In this document: positions 61,001 to 64,000 of the stretch, in pieces | How the letters are laid out: every line of letters starts with the position of its first letter | Position numbering within the stretch: position 1 is the first letter of the stretch | Made by a program: the position numbers and the translations under genes | NCBI GenBank assembly: GCA_038496445.1 | Contig: JALMLS010000577.1 | Location: 186,001-250,000, forward strand | Length of the DNA: 64,000 nt | From: Trichosphaerium sp. ATCC 40318 | Taxonomy: Eukaryota > Protista > Tubulinea | Direction: 5' to 3' | The notes under the pieces: model-generated | What the model was told of the DNA's origin: nothing | Databases searched by the model: none | Seen by the model: the letters and a program-made list of their open reading frames with translations, nothing else

Positions 61001-64000
61001 CTTTATATGTAACTTTTTCTCACGTTCTTTAGGGCAAGAAACCAAAAGGAAAAGGCGGTTTCGGCTTTGGCGGTAAAGGAAAAGCCAAGGGTGGTGTTGA
61101 TGTCGATATTGATGCTGATGTCGATGCTGATGTAAACCTCAAAGGCAAAAAGCCAAAAGGCAAAGCCAAAGGCGGAATTAGCCTTGGTTTTGGTGGTAAA
61201 GGATCAGGATCATCCTCCTCTTCTTCATCCTCAGGCTCAGGAAAAGGCAAAGCTAAGGGTGGCTTCGGATTCGGCCTTGGCGGCAAAGGAAAAGCCAAGG
61301 GCGGTATTGATGTTGATGCTGACGTCAAAGTCGGTGGCGATGTCGATGTTGATGCTGATGTCAAGGTCAAAGGCAAGAAACCAAAAGGCAAAGGTGGTTT
61401 CGGCTTTGGTGGCAAAGGAAAGGCCAAGGGCGGCGTTGATGTTGATGTAGACGCTGATGTCAAAGTCGGTGGCGACGTTGATTTGAAAGGCAAAAAGAAA
61501 AAGCACAGTGGTGGTTTCCATCTTGGATTCGGTAAAGGCAAGCATGGCAAAGGAAAAGCCAAAGGTGGTTTGGACGTAGATGCTGATGTAGATGTTGATG
61601 CTGATGTCAAAGTAAAGGTACTGTATTTTTATAAGCAATGTTGCCCTTGCTTACTTTTTTTAGGGCAAAAAGCCAAAAGGCAAAGCTAAAGGCGGAATCA
61701 GCCTCGGTTTCGGTGGAAAAGGATCAGGATCATCATCCTCTTCTTCCTCATCTGGCTCTGGAAAGGGCAAAGCTAAAGGCGGTTTCGGATTCGGTCTTGG
61801 TGGCAAAGGAAAAGCCAAGGGCGGTATTGATGTCGACGCTGACGTAAAGGTCGGTGGCGATGTCGATGTTGATGCTGATGTCAAGGTCAAAGGCAAGAAA
61901 CCAAAAGGCAAAGGTGGTTTCGGCTTCGGCGGCAAAGGAAAAGCCAAGGGTGGCGTGGATGTCGATGTAGACGCTGACCTTGATGCTGACGTGAAAGTCA
62001 AAGGCAAGAAGCCAAAAGGCAAAGGCGGTATTAGCCTCGGTTTTGGCGGAAAAGGAAAGGGATCTGGATCATCATCCTCTTCTTCCTCATCCGGCTCTGG
62101 AAAGGGCAAAGCTAAAGGCGGCTTCGGATTCGGTCTTGGTGGTAAAGGAAAAGCCAAGGGCGGTATTGATGTCGACGCTGACGTAAAGGTCGGTGGTGAT
62201 GTCGATGTTGACGCTGATGTCAAAGTCAAAGGTAAAAAGCCAAAAGGAAAAGCCAAAGGTGGTATTAGCCTCGGTTTTGGCGGTAAAGGAAAGGGATCTG
62301 GATCATCATCCTCCTCTTCCTCTTCCGGCTCTGGAAAGGGCAAAGCCAAAGGCGGCTTCGGATTCGGTCTTGGCGGCAAAGGAAAAGCCAAGGGCGGTAT
62401 TGATGTTGACGCTGATGTCAAAGTTGGTGGCGATGTCGATGGAGATGTCAAACTCAAGGTATGCTTTATTAAATAATAAATTAGAATTCTAAACTTTTAT
62501 AGGGCGGCAAAGCCAAGGGTGGTGTTGATGCTGATGTAGATGTTAACCTCAAAGGCAAAAAACCAAAAGGCAAAGCCAAGGGTGGTATTAGCCTCGGCTT
62601 CGGCGGAAAAGGAAAAGGATCAGGATCATCTTCCTCTTCTTCCTCATCTGGCTCTGGAAAGGGCAAGGCCAAAGGCGGTTTCGGATTCGGTCTTGGTGGC
62701 AAAGGAAAAGCCAAGGGCGGTATTGATGTCGACGCTGACGTAAAGGTCGGTGGTGATGTCGATGTTGACGCCGATGTCAAGGTCAAAGGCAAAAAGCCAA
62801 AAGCCAAGGGAGGTGTAGACGTAGACGTTGATGCTGACCTTAAGGCTGATCGTCAGGGAAAGCGTACCTTCTCATTTGGATTCGGCAAAAAGAAGAAGCC
62901 AAAATCCCCTAAAGGTGATGTTGATGTAGATGCTGACATAAAGGTACACTTGCGAATACCTATTCTGTTTCTTACTCTACAAAGGTTGGCGGAGACGTAG
63001 ATGCTGATGTAAATTTGAAGGGCCACAAGAAGAAAAAGAGTGGTGGTTTCCATCTTGGATTCGGCAAGGGCAAACATGGCAAAGGAAAAGCCAAGGGAGG
63101 CGTTGATATTGACGTTGATGCTGATGCTGATTTAAAGCTCAAGGGCAAAAAAGCCAAGGGCGGCGCTGATGTTGATATTGATGCTGATGTCGATGCTGAC
63201 GTAAACCTCAAAGGCAAGAAGCCAAAAGGTAAAGCCAAAGGTGGTATCAGCCTCGGTTTCGGTGGAAAAGGAAAGGGATCAGGATCATCATCCTCCTCTT
63301 CTTCATCCTCAGGCTCAGGAAAGGGCAAAGCTAAGGGTGGCTTCGGATTCGGTCTTGGTGGTAAAGGAAAAGCCAAGGGCGGTATTGACGCTGACGTTAA
63401 AGTTGGTGGCGATATTGACGGAGATGCTGACCTTAAGGTTAAGGTATTTATATCCTACAATTACTACAATTTTTTACTGACCGTGAACTAGGGCGGCAAA
63501 GTCAAAGGTGGCGTAGATGCTGATGTAGACGCTGATATTAATGTCAAGGGCAAAAAACCTAAAGGCAAGGGTGGTATCAGCCTCGGCTTTGGCGGAAAAG
63601 GAAAAGGATCAGGATCATCTTCCTCTTCTTCATCATCCTCTGGCTCTGGCTCAGGAAAGGGCAAAGCTAAGGGCGGCTTCGGATTCGGTCTTGGTGGCAA
63701 AGGAAAAGCCAAGGGCGGTATTGACGCTGACGTAAAGGTCGGTGGCGATGTCGATGTTGATGCCGATGTCAAGGTCAAAGGTAAAAAACCAAAAGGCAAA
63801 GGCAAAATCAAGGGCGGTGTAGACACTGATGCTGACGTCAAAGTAAAGGTACTGTTCTTCAACTCTTGAGATTTTGTCATTAAATATTTTTGATAGGGCG
63901 GCAAGAAGGGAAGCGGTGGTTTCCACTTCGGCTTAGGAAAAAGCAAAAAAGGCAAAAAAGCCAAGGGCGGCATTGATGTAGACGCTGATATCAAGGTCGG
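55090..64000 (+). CDS. Giant tandem-CH (actin-binding domain) protein with G/K/D/V/S-rich repeat rod; continues beyond window
   Basis: WIKVQNKAFARWVN..EDLKSGVILVALLEELTGK..ENIQAALDFL..IHDGN..LGL (CH1); SWCN..NFRNSWSDGRLFAALV..LGIPAFMDADDV..PD (CH2); in-frame phase-0 splice into the repeats at 56440. Confidence 0.9.
56440..64000 (+). repeat. Modular coding repeat array: GGKGKAKGG linkers, xDVDADVKVK strands, ISLGF/FGFGL strands, about 19 poly-Ser spacers
   Basis: Directly visible high-identity repeats interrupted by 15 short introns. Confidence 0.97.

Noticed and set aside
56436-63994. Long Pro-rich minus-strand ORFs (PPLAFPLPP...) and alternative + frames
   Set aside because: Antisense and frameshifted shadows of the Gly/Lys repeat exons; all splice signals are on the + strand
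56440-64000. CRISPR-like or satellite interpretation of the repeats
   Set aside because: Variation is mostly at synonymous positions, the frame is preserved and spliceosomal introns interrupt; no repeat-spacer structure
1-64000. Stop-codon reassignment or prokaryotic/viral origin to explain short ORFs
   Set aside because: Short ORFs are explained by introns; conserved genes end in TAA, TAG and TGA normally

Overview
Gene-dense, AT-rich, intron-rich eukaryotic nuclear DNA with mostly 40-90 nt introns and the standard code (TAA, TAG and TGA all used as stops). It looks like a protist, plausibly an amoebozoan; the taxon is inference only. About 28 spliced genes were assembled by hand. Recognisable ones are NPRL2, makorin, an AAG/MPG-like glycosylase, triple-DOMON cytochrome b561, F-box/LRR, OB-fold+NUDIX, a UROD/MetE-like enzyme, an NRPS-like A-T-R reductase, RPS10, ABHD13, a MYCBP2-type E3, RPS12, an M20 amidohydrolase, a hot-dog thioesterase, an NHL protein, AK3, an LZTR1-like Kelch-BTB protein, RanBP2-finger RING and GBE1. 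There are also degenerate LINE remnants. Highlights: (1) a giant actin-binding (tandem CH) protein with over 2,200 aa of patterned Gly/Lys/Asp/Val repeats, built from duplicated phase-0 exon cassettes and running off the window; (2) a compact UBZ-RING-IBR-RCR ubiquitin ligase; (3) a Kelch-BTB adaptor whose second BTB is split by about 800 acidic residues carrying 10 NPF motifs; (4) two U12-type introns, one needing GT-AT ends; (5) an unidentified ~155-nt structured RNA candidate with a pseudoknot. Gene models were spliced by eye, so internal boundaries and some termini are approximate.
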